Shown here: piece after piece, positions 49,649 through 59,057 of the stretch
Layout: every line of letters begins with the position of its first letter
Position numbering within the stretch: the first letter of the stretch is position 1
Assembly (NCBI GenBank): GCA_963750165.1
Contig: CAVVPN010000004.1
Location: 896,001-960,000, forward strand
Direction of reading: 5' to 3'
From: an uncultured Gemmataceae bacterium
GTDB lineage: Bacteria; Planctomycetota; Planctomycetia; Gemmatales; Gemmataceae
Length of the DNA stretch: 64,000 nt
The notes under the pieces: model-generated
The model's database searches: none
What the model was told of the DNA's origin: nothing
Seen by the model: only the letters and a program-made list of their open reading frames with translations
Made by a program: the position numbers and the translations under genes

Positions 49649-50341
49649 ATGCGGATTCTGGCGATTGGCGACCTGCACGGCTGCTTGGCGGCGCTCGACA
49701 CGCTGCTGGCGGCCGTACAGCCGACGGCGGACGACCTGCTCATCACGCTGGGCGATTACGTGGACCGCGGCCCCGATTCGCGCGGCGTCCTCGACCGTTT
49801 GGTGCGGTTGAGCCAGACGCACAAGCTGATCGCGCTGCTGGGCAATCACGATCAGATGATGCTGGAGTCGCGCGACAGCACTCGCGACATGGAAGACTGG
49901 TTAGAGGCCGGAGGCGATGGGACGCTGGCGTCCTACGCGCGGCCAGGCGAACCCGGCACGCTGCAGGACGTGCCGGCGGAGCACTGGGATTTTCTGGAGA
50001 ACCATTGCCGTGACTGGTTCGAGACGGAGCGGCACTTCTTCGTCCACGCCAACGTCTACCCCGACCTGCCGCTGGACGAGCAGCCGCAATTCATGCTGCG
50101 CTGGGAGCAACTGCGGCAGGATTCGCGGCCGCACGAGTCGAACAAGGTGATGGTGTGCGGCCACACGCGGCAGAAGAACGGCGTGCCACTCGACCTGGGG
50201 CACGCGGTCTGCATCGACACCTGGCCGGACGGCATGGGCTGGCTGACGTGCCTGGAAGTGCCGACCGGCCGGCTGTGGCAGGCGAACCAGCGCGGCGAAC
50301 GCCGCACGGGCTGGCTCGGCGGCGAACTGCGTGCTAGCTGA
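49649..50341 (+). CDS. Metallophosphoesterase (PPP-type Ser/Thr phosphatase)
   Basis: GDLHG, GDYVDRG, GNHD, GHT, IDT. Confidence 0.92.
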   Translation: MRILAIGDLHGCLAALDTLLAAVQPTADDLLITLGDYVDRGPDSRGVLDRLVRLSQTHKLIALLGNHDQMMLESRDSTRDMEDWLEAGGDGTLASYARPGEPGTLQDVPAEHWDFLENHCRDWFETERHFFVHANVYPDLPLDEQPQFMLRWEQLRQDSRPHESNKVMVCGHTRQKNGVPLDLGHAVCIDTWPDGMGWLTCLEVPTGRLWQANQRGERRTGWLGGELRAS

Positions 50342-50346
50342 TGCAC

Positions 50347-50430
50347 TTCGCGCCAGACGGCGCCTGAGTGGCGACCGCGTCACACGGCAAGGTTCCCGTG
50401 CTCTGGGACGTGGCCACGGGCAAGCAGGAC
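50347..50430 (+). pseudogene. Single WD40-repeat relic
   Basis: FAPDGA*VATASHGKVPVLWDVATGKQ. Confidence 0.6.
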
Positions 50431-50433
50431 CCC

Positions 50434-50730
50434 TCGGCGGCAGGTCTTGCCGCAGCCACAGCCGAGTTCGGCGGGCAGGTCGTCCCAGGCCATGCCGGTC
50501 TTGAGCACGAACAGGATGCCGGTCAGGATCTGGCGCGGCTCCAGCGGCTTGCGGCCCGGGAAGCGGAAGCGGCGCGGGGGCGGGGGCGGCAGCAAGGGCT
50601 CAATGCGCTCCCACAGCGCGTCGGTGACGAAGGTCTTCATGGTAGTTCCTCCTCAGAGATCCGGAGATCGCTCTCCGAATCACTGAGGAGCAACCGACGG
50701 GCCAATTGTCTCATTTTTTCCGAACGCTCT
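50434..50730 (-). mobile_element. Truncated IS5-family element (left end + transposase N-terminus)
   Basis: ORF from 50640 VTDALWERIEPLLP...GILFVLKTGMAWDDLPAELGCG; probable end AGAGCGTTCGGAAAAA after TTA. Confidence 0.85.
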
Positions 50731-50958
50731 TAACAACCCGCGCGGGACTGATCCCTCTTGTGTTGCTTTCGAGAATCTGCTTATATTCTTCGATTTAGTG
50801 ACGCCGGCGCCCGCGCCTGCGACGTTGGCCCTGCGTCCAGTCCGTGTGCAACACCCGCTTTCTCTCTCCGGGGCTGGCCCGCCCCGCGGGTGGCTGCCGT
50901 CGTGTCCAGGACGGGCACGACGTAAAATAACCCTCCCCCTTCTTCTGGAGGCGTGGCA

Positions 50959-52839
50959 ATGAGAGCCACCGCATTACCGCTCGTGCTGGCCGCCGGCGCC
51001 GGCCTCACCCTGGCCGGCCTCTTCGCCCCGGCGCCGCCGCCCGCCCTGGCCAGCCCTCGGCCCAACGCCTACTGGCAGGTGGAGGATCTCCGCGCCGGCA
51101 TGAAGGGCATCGGCCGCACCGTCATGAAGGGCACCAAGATCGAGGCCTTTCAAGCCGAAATCATCGGCGTCCTCAAGAACACCAGCCCCGGCCGCGACCT
51201 CGTGCTCTGCCGACTGGCCGGCCTCAACCTCGAAAAGACCGGCGTCATTCAGGGCATGAGCGGTAGTCCCATTTACATCGACGGCAAGCTCGTCGGCGCC
51301 GTCGCCTATGCGTGGCCCTTCGGCAAGGAGCCCATCGCCGGCGTCACGCCCTTCTGCCAGATGCACAAGTACGTCGAGTCCTACGAACGCCGCGATCTCG
51401 TTGAGGGCAACCAGCCCAACCGCATCGGCCTGAAGGCGCCGCTGCGGATCGACGGCCGCCATTTCGACACCGTGACGGTCTCCGACGACTTCGACGAACC
51501 ACAGCCGACCGCGGCGGATGGTCTGTGGCTGGTGCCGCTGCGGACGCCGCTGGCCGCGTCCGGATTCACGCAGCACGCGTTGACGCTGCTGCGCGACCGC
51601 TTCCGCGGCAGCGGCATGGTGCCGATGCAGGGCGGCGGCGTCGGCGGCCAGGTCGCCGGCGACGCGGGCAACGCCAAGATCGAACCGGGTGCTGCGCTGA
51701 GCGTGGCGTTGATGCTGGGCGACTTCGACCTGTCCGGCATCGGCACGGTGACGCACGTCGAGGGCAAGCGCGTTTACGGCTTCGGTCACCCATTCTTCGG
51801 CCTGGGTGCGTGCGAGTTCCCGCTCATGACGGGTTACACGCACACGATCTATCCACGGCAAAACATCAGCTTCAAGATGGGCTCGCCGCTCAAGACGGTC
51901 GGCGTCATCAACGCGGATGTGAGCACCTGCATCGCCGGCTGGCTCGACCGCAAGCCAGACCTGCTGCCGGTCAAGATGACCGTCCGCCGTGAGCCCGGCC
52001 ACCAGGCCAAGACCTTCCACGTCCGCACGGTGCGGCAGCGCTCGATGCTCGCGCCGCTGGTGTTCGCGGCCCTGACCAACTCGGTGGACATGGAGGGCGA
52101 TCTGCCGGAGGATCTGACCGCGGATTTGCAGTGCCGCATCGAGGTCGAGGGCCGGCCGCCGGTGGTCATCCAGGACAAATTCTCCGGCAGCAGCTATTCG
52201 GGCAACCGTGCCCCGCAGGCGCTGTACTCGCAGGTGTCCGCGGTCATCAACCTGCTGACGTACAACGCGCACCGGCCGGTGCGCATCAAGCGCATCGACT
52301 GTTCGACGCAGATTCGCAGCGGCCGCAGCACCGCGGACATCGAGGCCATCGAACTGGACTCCGAGACATACGCCCCGGGCGAGACGCTCAAGGCAACGGT
52401 GTTCGTCCGGCCGTACAAGGGGCTGCGGCAGCGGCTGCCGGTGACGCTCAAGCTGCCGGCGGACCTGCCCGAGGGCGAGTACACCGCGACGGTCAGTGAC
52501 GACCTGACGTGCGCGCGCGCGGAACTGCGCGACAACCCCAACCTGAACACGCCGCCGGACCTGGACCACGTGTTCCAGGCGCTGCAGGTGCAGACGGCGG
52601 CCAAGCGCACCAACCTGTCGGTGCGGGTGCCGACCAACGCGGTCGGGGTGGCGCTGAACGGCAAGTCGCTGCCGCAGTTGCCGGGCAGCATGGTGCAGAT
52701 CCTCGGCAACACGCGCCGCACGGGCGCCCAGACGATGGGCGGGGCGCTGGTGTCGCGGCAGGCGACCACCTGGGTCGTGCAGGGCACCGAGTCGGTGCGC
52801 TTCAGCGTCAGCAAGAACAAGCGCGTGGTGAGTGAGTAA
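50959..52839 (+). CDS. Secreted SpoIVB peptidase S55-domain protein
   Basis: Signal peptide; GMKGIGRTV, GVIQGMSGSP...GKLVGAVAY, GTVT...FGHPF. Confidence 0.88.
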   Translation: MRATALPLVLAAGAGLTLAGLFAPAPPPALASPRPNAYWQVEDLRAGMKGIGRTVMKGTKIEAFQAEIIGVLKNTSPGRDLVLCRLAGLNLEKTGVIQGMSGSPIYIDGKLVGAVAYAWPFGKEPIAGVTPFCQMHKYVESYERRDLVEGNQPNRIGLKAPLRIDGRHFDTVTVSDDFDEPQPTAADGLWLVPLRTPLAASGFTQHALTLLRDRFRGSGMVPMQGGGVGGQVAGDAGNAKIEPGAALSVALMLGDFDLSGIGTVTHVEGKRVYGFGHPFFGLGACEFPLMTGYTHTIYPRQNISFKMGSPLKTVGVINADVSTCIAGWLDRKPDLLPVKMTVRREPGHQAKTFHVRTVRQRSMLAPLVFAALTNSVDMEGDLPEDLTADLQCRIEVEGRPPVVIQDKFSGSSYSGNRAPQALYSQVSAVINLLTYNAHRPVRIKRIDCSTQIRSGRSTADIEAIELDSETYAPGETLKATVFVRPYKGLRQRLPVTLKLPADLPEGEYTATVSDDLTCARAELRDNPNLNTPPDLDHVFQALQVQTAAKRTNLSVRVPTNAVGVALNGKSLPQLPGSMVQILGNTRRTGAQTMGGALVSRQATTWVVQGTESVRFSVSKNKRVVSE

Positions 52840-52847
52840 ATCCCCCT

Positions 52848-52982
52848 GGCGAGCGGGGTCGCGTCAGCGCCCCGTGCTCTTCTTGATGAGCGGGGTCGCG
52901 TCAGCGCCCCGTGCTCTTCTTGGTGAGCGGGGTCGCGGCAGCGCCCCGGGCAACACGGGGCGCTGACGCGATCCCGCTCGCC
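52848..52982. repeat. REP-like array: three 37-bp-period direct units + one inverted
   Basis: GAGCGGGGTCGCGTCAGCGCCCCG at 52851, 52888, 52925 (one mismatch); inverted copy 52954-52982. Confidence 0.92.
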
Positions 52983-53013
52983 TATCCTCCATCCCATTGA
53001 GGTCATCCCACCC

Positions 53014-55197
53014 ATGTCCCGTTCCGTTTACTTTCGTCCTCTCATCCTGGCAGCGCTGGCGGCGCTGCTGCCGGCCAACGTCGGCCACAGCGCCCGGGTG
53101 AAAGTCTGGCACCACCACGGCCCCGCTCATCACGAGAAGGCCCACTTCAAGCACACGGTCGTCAGCAACGAGGGGGCACTGCGGCTGTCACGCCAGCTGA
53201 AGCCGCTGGCGAAGATCGACGCCATGCACGTCTGGGACGTGGTGGAGGACAGGGCCGGTAATCTCTTCGTGGCGACCGGCGACGAGGGCAAGCTCTACAA
53301 GGTCACGGTGGACGGCAAGGTGACGGTGGCGTACACCTGTCCGGACAGCCAGATTCTGTGCCTGGCGCTGGGCGCCGACGGCAGCGTCTACGCCGGCACG
53401 GGGCCGAGCGGCCTGGTGGTGTGCGTGCCGCCGACGGGCAAGACGCGCGTGGTTGCCGAGGACCTCGACCATTATGTCTGGAGCCTGGCGGTCGATGAGG
53501 AGACGAAGACCGTGTACGCCGGCACCGGGCCGAAGGGACGCATCTTCCAGATTCCGGCGCAGGGCAAGCCGAGCGTCTTTTACGCCACGAAACAGGAGCA
53601 CATCCTCTGCCTGGCGACGGGGCCGAAGCGCACGCTGTACGCCGGCACGGACAAGGGCGGCCTGGTGTACCGCATCGACGCGCAGGGCAAGGGCTTTGTG
53701 CTGTACCACTGCCCGCAGGGAGAGGTGCGTAGTCTGCTGGTCACGGAGGCGGGTGTCTACGCCGGCACCAGTGCCCCGACGCGGCGCGGCAGCGGCGGGG
53801 GCGGCGGCGCCAACGTCAACGCTTTCGCGCCGACGGCCGGTCACGGCGGCAGCAGCATGAGCCCCGCGACCTACAAGAAGACCGGCGACAAGAAGAAGAC
53901 GAAGGCATCCAGCGACGGCAAGTCGTCCGCGGACGGCGGCAATAGCGGCGAATCGAAGAGCAGTGCCGCCGAAGCGCCGACGCCGCCGGCCTCGGGAGAA
54001 AACTCGCTCTACCGCATCGCCAGTGACGGCAGCGTGCGCGAGCTGTTTCGCGAGAAGGCGCTGCTGCTGTGCCTGCTGCGGCAGCACGGCCGCGTCCTGG
54101 TCGGCACCGGCATGAACGGCCAGCTGTTCGAGATCGACGAGGCCAGCAAGGAGCGCACGGAAATCGCCCGGCTGGACCACGGCCAGATTCACTGCCTGTG
54201 TCGGCGCCGCGACGGCTCCGTCGTGCTGGGCACCGGCGACCCCGGCAAGCTGTACGTGCTGGAGGATCGCTACGCTGGCAAGGGCACGGTGGTGTCGGAG
54301 GTGCTGGACGCGAAGATGATTAGCAAGTGGGGCAGACTGTCATGGAAGGCGGAGACGCCGGCCGGCACCGCGGTGACCGTGGCGGTGCGCACCGGCAACG
54401 TCGCCGAACCGGACGAGACCTGGAGCGACTGGTCCGCCGAGCAGACCGACCCGCAGACCGCCCGCGTGACCACGCCGAGCGCCCGTTTCCTGCAATACCG
54501 CGTCACCATGACCACGGAGCACCCGAAGCAGACGCCGACTGTGCGCAGCGTGGCGATCCGCTATCTGACGACCAACCACCCGCCGGAGGTGACCAGCCTG
54601 GAGGTGCCCGACCTGGACGCCGCCAACCTGGAAACCCCGAAGAAGCTCAAACTGAAGTGGGCCGCCACCGACCCCAACGAGGACGAGCTGACCTACAGCC
54701 TCTACGTTCGCAAGGAGGGTTGGAAGAACTGGGTGCTGCTGGAGGACAGTCTGGAGAAGAAGGAATTCGAGTGGGACACGAGTGCCATGCCGTCGGGTAG
54801 TTACCGCGTCAAGGTGGTGGCCAGCGACCGCAAGGACAACGCCCCGGAGGACGCGCTGACAGCGGAGCGTGTCAGTGCGCCGTTCCCGGTATCGCACGTA
54901 CCGCCGGTCGTCGCCGTGAAGATTACTGGCGTCGAGGGCAACCGGGCGGTCCTGGAGGCGACGGCGACCGACCCGCATGTGCGGCTGACGGAGGCGGCGT
55001 TCGCGGTCAACGGTAAGAAGTGGGTGCCGGTCTTCCCGACAGACGGCCTGTTCGACAGCAAAGCGGAGGCGTTCCGCTTCAAGACGGAGGCGCTGCGGCC
55101 GGGGACGTATGTGCTGGTGCTGCGCGTGCGCGACGCCGCCGGCAACGTCGGCAGTGGCGATGTGGTCTTCACCGTGGAACCGCGAGCGAAGAAGTAA
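53014..55197 (+). CDS. Secreted beta-propeller + FN3/Ig-like protein
   Basis: Signal peptide; repeated YAGTG..G.(V/I)(Y/F) blades; Gly/Ser/Lys linker; RTGN..PDETWSDWS; W...DPNEDELTYSLY. Confidence 0.8.
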   Translation: MSRSVYFRPLILAALAALLPANVGHSARVKVWHHHGPAHHEKAHFKHTVVSNEGALRLSRQLKPLAKIDAMHVWDVVEDRAGNLFVATGDEGKLYKVTVDGKVTVAYTCPDSQILCLALGADGSVYAGTGPSGLVVCVPPTGKTRVVAEDLDHYVWSLAVDEETKTVYAGTGPKGRIFQIPAQGKPSVFYATKQEHILCLATGPKRTLYAGTDKGGLVYRIDAQGKGFVLYHCPQGEVRSLLVTEAGVYAGTSAPTRRGSGGGGGANVNAFAPTAGHGGSSMSPATYKKTGDKKKTKASSDGKSSADGGNSGESKSSAAEAPTPPASGENSLYRIASDGSVRELFREKALLLCLLRQHGRVLVGTGMNGQLFEIDEASKERTEIARLDHGQIHCLCRRRDGSVVLGTGDPGKLYVLEDRYAGKGTVVSEVLDAKMISKWGRLSWKAETPAGTAVTVAVRTGNVAEPDETWSDWSAEQTDPQTARVTTPSARFLQYRVTMTTEHPKQTPTVRSVAIRYLTTNHPPEVTSLEVPDLDAANLETPKKLKLKWAATDPNEDELTYSLYVRKEGWKNWVLLEDSLEKKEFEWDTSAMPSGSYRVKVVASDRKDNAPEDALTAERVSAPFPVSHVPPVVAVKITGVEGNRAVLEATATDPHVRLTEAAFAVNGKKWVPVFPTDGLFDSKAEAFRFKTEALRPGTYVLVLRVRDAAGNVGSGDVVFTVEPRAKK

Positions 55198-55302
55198 AAA
55201 GAATTAGCCACAGAGGGCACAGAGGAAAGACAGGAGAATTGTAATCCAACTCTCCTGTCTTTCCTCTGTGCCCTCTGTGTCCTCTGTGGCTAATTCTTTT
55301 TA
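55195..55302. repeat. ATTAGCCACAGAG-family inverted repeat / bidirectional terminator
   Basis: TAAAAAGAATTAGCCACAGAG ... CTCTGTGGCTAATTCTTTTTA spans the whole convergent gap. Confidence 0.88.
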
Positions 55303-55926
55303 CCAGCTAACGCTCTCGATGGTTTCGCCGACGCCGAGGCGGTAGCACAATTGCTCGAACACGTCGAGGAAGCGCGGGTCGGTGTTGTGCAGGTGTTCGC
55401 CCTCGGTAATCAACTGGAGCTGGTCGTCGCGCGCGATACCGTGGCGGCGCAGGCGGCGCTCGAACGGCTTGAGGTCGTGGGCGTAGACGAACAACAGCTT
55501 GTGCTCGTCGAACTGCACCTCCACCGGCCCCTCCGTGGACAGCACCGCCACGCCCGCGCAGCCATCGTTCAACAGCAGGTCTTCAAAGTCGCACAGATGA
55601 CTGGTGAGCACCGGCAGGTCAATGTCCTCGCGGCTCAGGTCGCGGTGGCCGGCCCCGTCGCTGTCGTGGCTGGTCTCCAGGACCACGTCCACCACCTCGC
55701 CGAGCGGGTCCAGCAAATCCAGGAACAGGTCGAACAGCTTTTCGCGCGACACCGCCGCCGCCAGCACCGGCACGCTCAGGCCGTGCTGCGCGTCACGGTA
55801 GACCTCACGGCGATAGCCTTGCCTCGGCAGCACGTGCCGCGTCAGCGACGGCCGGATGGCGTCCGTCAGCCAGAAGTCGCCGTAACGATCCGTCTGTAAA
55901 TGGGTCGCCCAATTCTCCGCACTCAC
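55300..55926 (-). CDS. Conserved hypothetical protein
   Basis: 208 aa; DVVLETSH, LLLNDGC.G.AV, EVQFDEHKLL. Confidence 0.8.
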   Translation of the reverse strand: MSAENWATHLQTDRYGDFWLTDAIRPSLTRHVLPRQGYRREVYRDAQHGLSVPVLAAAVSREKLFDLFLDLLDPLGEVVDVVLETSHDSDGAGHRDLSREDIDLPVLTSHLCDFEDLLLNDGCAGVAVLSTEGPVEVQFDEHKLLFVYAHDLKPFERRLRRHGIARDDQLQLITEGEHLHNTDPRFLDVFEQLCYRLGVGETIESVSW

Positions 55927-56344
55927 GTGAGTACCCCGCGCTGGAGTTTGGAATAGGATGAAAGGCTAGAAGCGAATCCGAAGGTGTGTCTGCTGATTAA
56001 CTATAAACCGCGATTGGTCCCGCGGCCAGTCACACGCCGGGATTCTAGGGCCGAAAAAGGCGCTGCCGCGAAAACCTTTGCGAGCACGCCGGTTGCGCAG
56101 GTGGGACGCTTTGGTAGACGGGAGCAGTCCGGGCAAGCAGCCCGAGCGACTTTCTTTCACGCCGCGGGCTTTTCGCTCAAGAAGCGGATTGGGGAAGTGG
56201 AAATGGCCTAAAAATGGGGGAGTGAGGAAGGCTGGAGCGTTCGTGCCCGGCCAACAGCGCCACTACCTCTTGCCATTGCCGGGGTTTCTCTCCGTGGGGC
56301 GTTCGTCCCAACGGGGTCAAGGGCCGCGATCCAAAGGAGGTATC

Positions 56345-57582
56345 ATGAGACTCGCACAACCGATGTCGGGCGTGCTGGCGGGCTGCGTGCTCCTACTCAG
56401 CACCGGCAGCGTCGGCGCCCAGGACTGGCCGCAGTGGCGCGGCCCCAACCGCGACAGCAAGGTGACTGGCTTCACCGCGCCGAAGGAGTGGCCCAAAACG
56501 CTGACGCAGAAGTGGAAGGTCAGTGTCGGTCAGGGCGATTCCTCGCCCGTGCTGGTGCGCGACAAGATTTACGTCTTCGGCCGCGTGGGCGGCGATGAAG
56601 TCCTCCAGTGCCTGGACGCGGCCACCGGCAACGAACTGTGGAAGGACAAGTACGAGGCCCTGCCACCAACCGGTGCCTCCGCCGGTCCTGGCGGCATTCA
56701 CAAGGGGCCGCGCGCCACGCCCGCGGTCGGCGCTGGCAAGGTCTGCACCTTCGGCGTGCGTGGCACGGTCTCCTGCGTGGACGCGGCCACCGGCAAGCTC
56801 GCGTGGCGCAAGGACACCAAGGGTTACCCCATGTTCTTCACCGCGTCCTCGCCGCTCATCGCCGACGGCAAGTGCATCGTCTTCCACGGCGGCTCCGGCA
56901 CGGGCAAGATCAGCGCCTACGACCTGGCCAACGGCGACGAGAAGTGGACCTGGACCGGCGAGTCGCCGTCCTACGGTTCGCCCACGCTCATGACGGTCGA
57001 TGGCACCAAAATGCTCGTGACGCTGACGCAGAGTTCGTTGGTAGGCATCGGCCTGGCGGACGGCAAGCAGTTGTGGAAGGTGCCGTTTTCAGCCAAGTAC
57101 AACAACAGCACCCCCATCGTCAACCGCGACACGGTCATCTGCTCCAGTCCGGCGCGGGCACCGCGGCGTTCAAGGTTGAAAAAAAGGGGGACGGCTTTGA
57201 GGCCAAACAGCTGTGGAAGGTGAAGACGGCGGCCACCACGTTCAACACGCCGGTGCTCAAGGACGGCTTGCTGTTCGGGATCACCTCGGGCGGCGGCAAG
57301 GGGGCGGGCGCCTTCTTCTGCATGAGCGCCGAGAACGGCGACGTGCGCTGGACCGACAAGACCAAGCGCGGCGACTGCGGGGCCGTGCTCGACGTGGGCG
57401 CCGTTATGCTGGCCCTGACCAGCGACAAGAATCTGGTCGTCTTCCAGCCCAGCGACAAGGGCTACATGGAAGTCGCCCGGTATCAGGTCGCGGACACGCC
57501 GTCCTGGTCCTACCCGATCCTCTCGGGCAACCGCATCTTTGTGAAGGACCAGAATTCGCTGACGCTCTGGACGGTCAACTGA
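56345..57582 (+). CDS. Secreted PQQ-like beta-propeller protein (frameshift near 57151)
   Basis: AAGGAGG RBS; AQDWPQWRGPNRD, GPRATP, YGSP; one extra G restores SSPGAGTAAFKV. Confidence 0.87.
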
Positions 57583-57591
57583 GCGGTCGGT

Positions 57592-57645
57592 GAAAGCAGC
57601 AACCGCACGAGCCCCTGGCAAGCGGGGCCCGTGCGGTTTGCTTTT
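57592..57645 (+). terminator. Rho-independent terminator
   Basis: AACCGCACGAGCCCC...GGGGCCCGTGCGGTT followed by TGCTTTT. Confidence 0.65.
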
Positions 57646-57777
57646 ATGAAAGAGCGGCGCGCCAATCGGGCGGCCGGGGGATCAGGACGGCGACCTCGCC
57701 GGGGTCGTTTGGGGCGGGGCTGGGCTCGCGTCCCCGCCACCAGAGAAACGCGGCAGACGGCCCGGCTTGCGCGGCGC

Positions 57778-58938
57778 TCACAGGCAGCGCACGGCCACGA
57801 CGGTGCAGTTGTCGCTGCCGCCGCCCTGGTTGGCCAGGTCCACGAGTTGTGCCGCCGCCCGGCCGGCGCTCAATGCTGGATCGCACAGGACGCCGTGCAG
57901 CGCCGGACCATCGACGTGCGCGTGCAGGCCGTCGCAGGCGATCACCAGCCAGTCGCCGGCCGTCAGCTTCGACTGATAGACCGCCGGTTGAATGTCGGAG
58001 TGCTTGCCGACCGCCTGCGTCACCTCGTTGCGCTGCGGGTGCGTCAGTGCTTCTCGTTCGGTCAACTTGCCCATCTCGACCATGCGCGCCACCAGCGTCT
58101 GATCCTTCGTCAGCTGCACCAGCCGGCCGTCCTTGACCTGGTAGACGCGGCAGTCGCCGACATGGCCGATGACCACGTCCAGGCCGAGCACGACCACGAC
58201 CGCCGCGGTGGCGCCCATGCCCTTGCAGCCAGGGACCGTCTGGGCCTGGTCATACACGAGTCGGTTGGCGCCCTTGAGGGCGTTGCCGGCGGCCTCGGCG
58301 AGGGTGGCGAGGGCCGGCGGTTCCTTCGCGGCCACCAGGCCCGAGAGCACGGGGGCGAACGCCGCGGCCACGCTGCGGATCACCAGAGCACTGGCCTGGT
58401 CGCCGGCGTCGTAACCGCCCATGCCGTCGGCCACGACCAGCAGCGCCAGTTCGCGGCGCTGGTCGAGGTTGGACAGCGTCAGGTGCTGCGTGAGGTAGCT
58501 GTCCTCGTTGCGGTTGCGGACGCGGCCGGTGGACGTGGCGCTGCCGACTTCCAGGCAACTGCCAGCCGCGGCGAACGGCGGTGGCGCCGTGGCGGCGGGA
58601 CCGGCTGCGGCCGCGGGGCCGTCCAGTTCGATCTCCAGATGGTCCTCCGCTGTTGCGGAATCCGGGGGAGAAGTTGACGAGGATGCGGCCTGTTGCCCGG
58701 GGGTGATCGAGTGCAGGAACCCGCGCAAACCGGACAGGAACCCGCTCCGGGCCGGGGCCGCCGGCGCGGGCGGTGGGGCGGGGGGCGGTGGTACAGCCGG
58801 AAAGCTGCCGGAGGCCGTCGGGGCGCTCGGCGTCTGGAAGGGTTTGGCGCATTTGGCGCACTGGACGCGGGAGCCGAGGTGCTCCGGTTGCACCTGGCAG
58901 ATACTGCGGCAGTGAGGGCACTGGACGTTGACGGCCAC
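57778..58938 (-). CDS. PP2C-family phosphatase with N-terminal zinc ribbon
   Basis: CPHC...CAKC; GRVRNRNED, VADGMGG, HVGDCRVY, CDGL, GGSDNCT. Confidence 0.92.
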   Translation of the reverse strand: MAVNVQCPHCRSICQVQPEHLGSRVQCAKCAKPFQTPSAPTASGSFPAVPPPPAPPPAPAAPARSGFLSGLRGFLHSITPGQQAASSSTSPPDSATAEDHLEIELDGPAAAAGPAATAPPPFAAAGSCLEVGSATSTGRVRNRNEDSYLTQHLTLSNLDQRRELALLVVADGMGGYDAGDQASALVIRSVAAAFAPVLSGLVAAKEPPALATLAEAAGNALKGANRLVYDQAQTVPGCKGMGATAAVVVVLGLDVVIGHVGDCRVYQVKDGRLVQLTKDQTLVARMVEMGKLTEREALTHPQRNEVTQAVGKHSDIQPAVYQSKLTAGDWLVIACDGLHAHVDGPALHGVLCDPALSAGRAAAQLVDLANQGGGSDNCTVVAVRCL

Positions 58939-59057
58939 GACTGGACACTCCCCGCTCGAAGATGGGCCGCGTTGGAGGCGAACACTCCGGCGGTCTTATC
59001 TTATCCTTATCGGGCCAGGCGGGGGGTGGCCGCAAGTGTTTTCTGGGTTAAAAACCG

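Noticed and set aside
52848..52982. CRISPR array
   Set aside because: Linkers are about 13 bp and nearly identical, the last unit is inverted, and no cas genes are present
56060..56160. c-di-GMP-I riboswitch
   Set aside because: GAAAACC...GGGACGC is only a partial match; the following AAAGC/P3 elements and GNRA loop are absent
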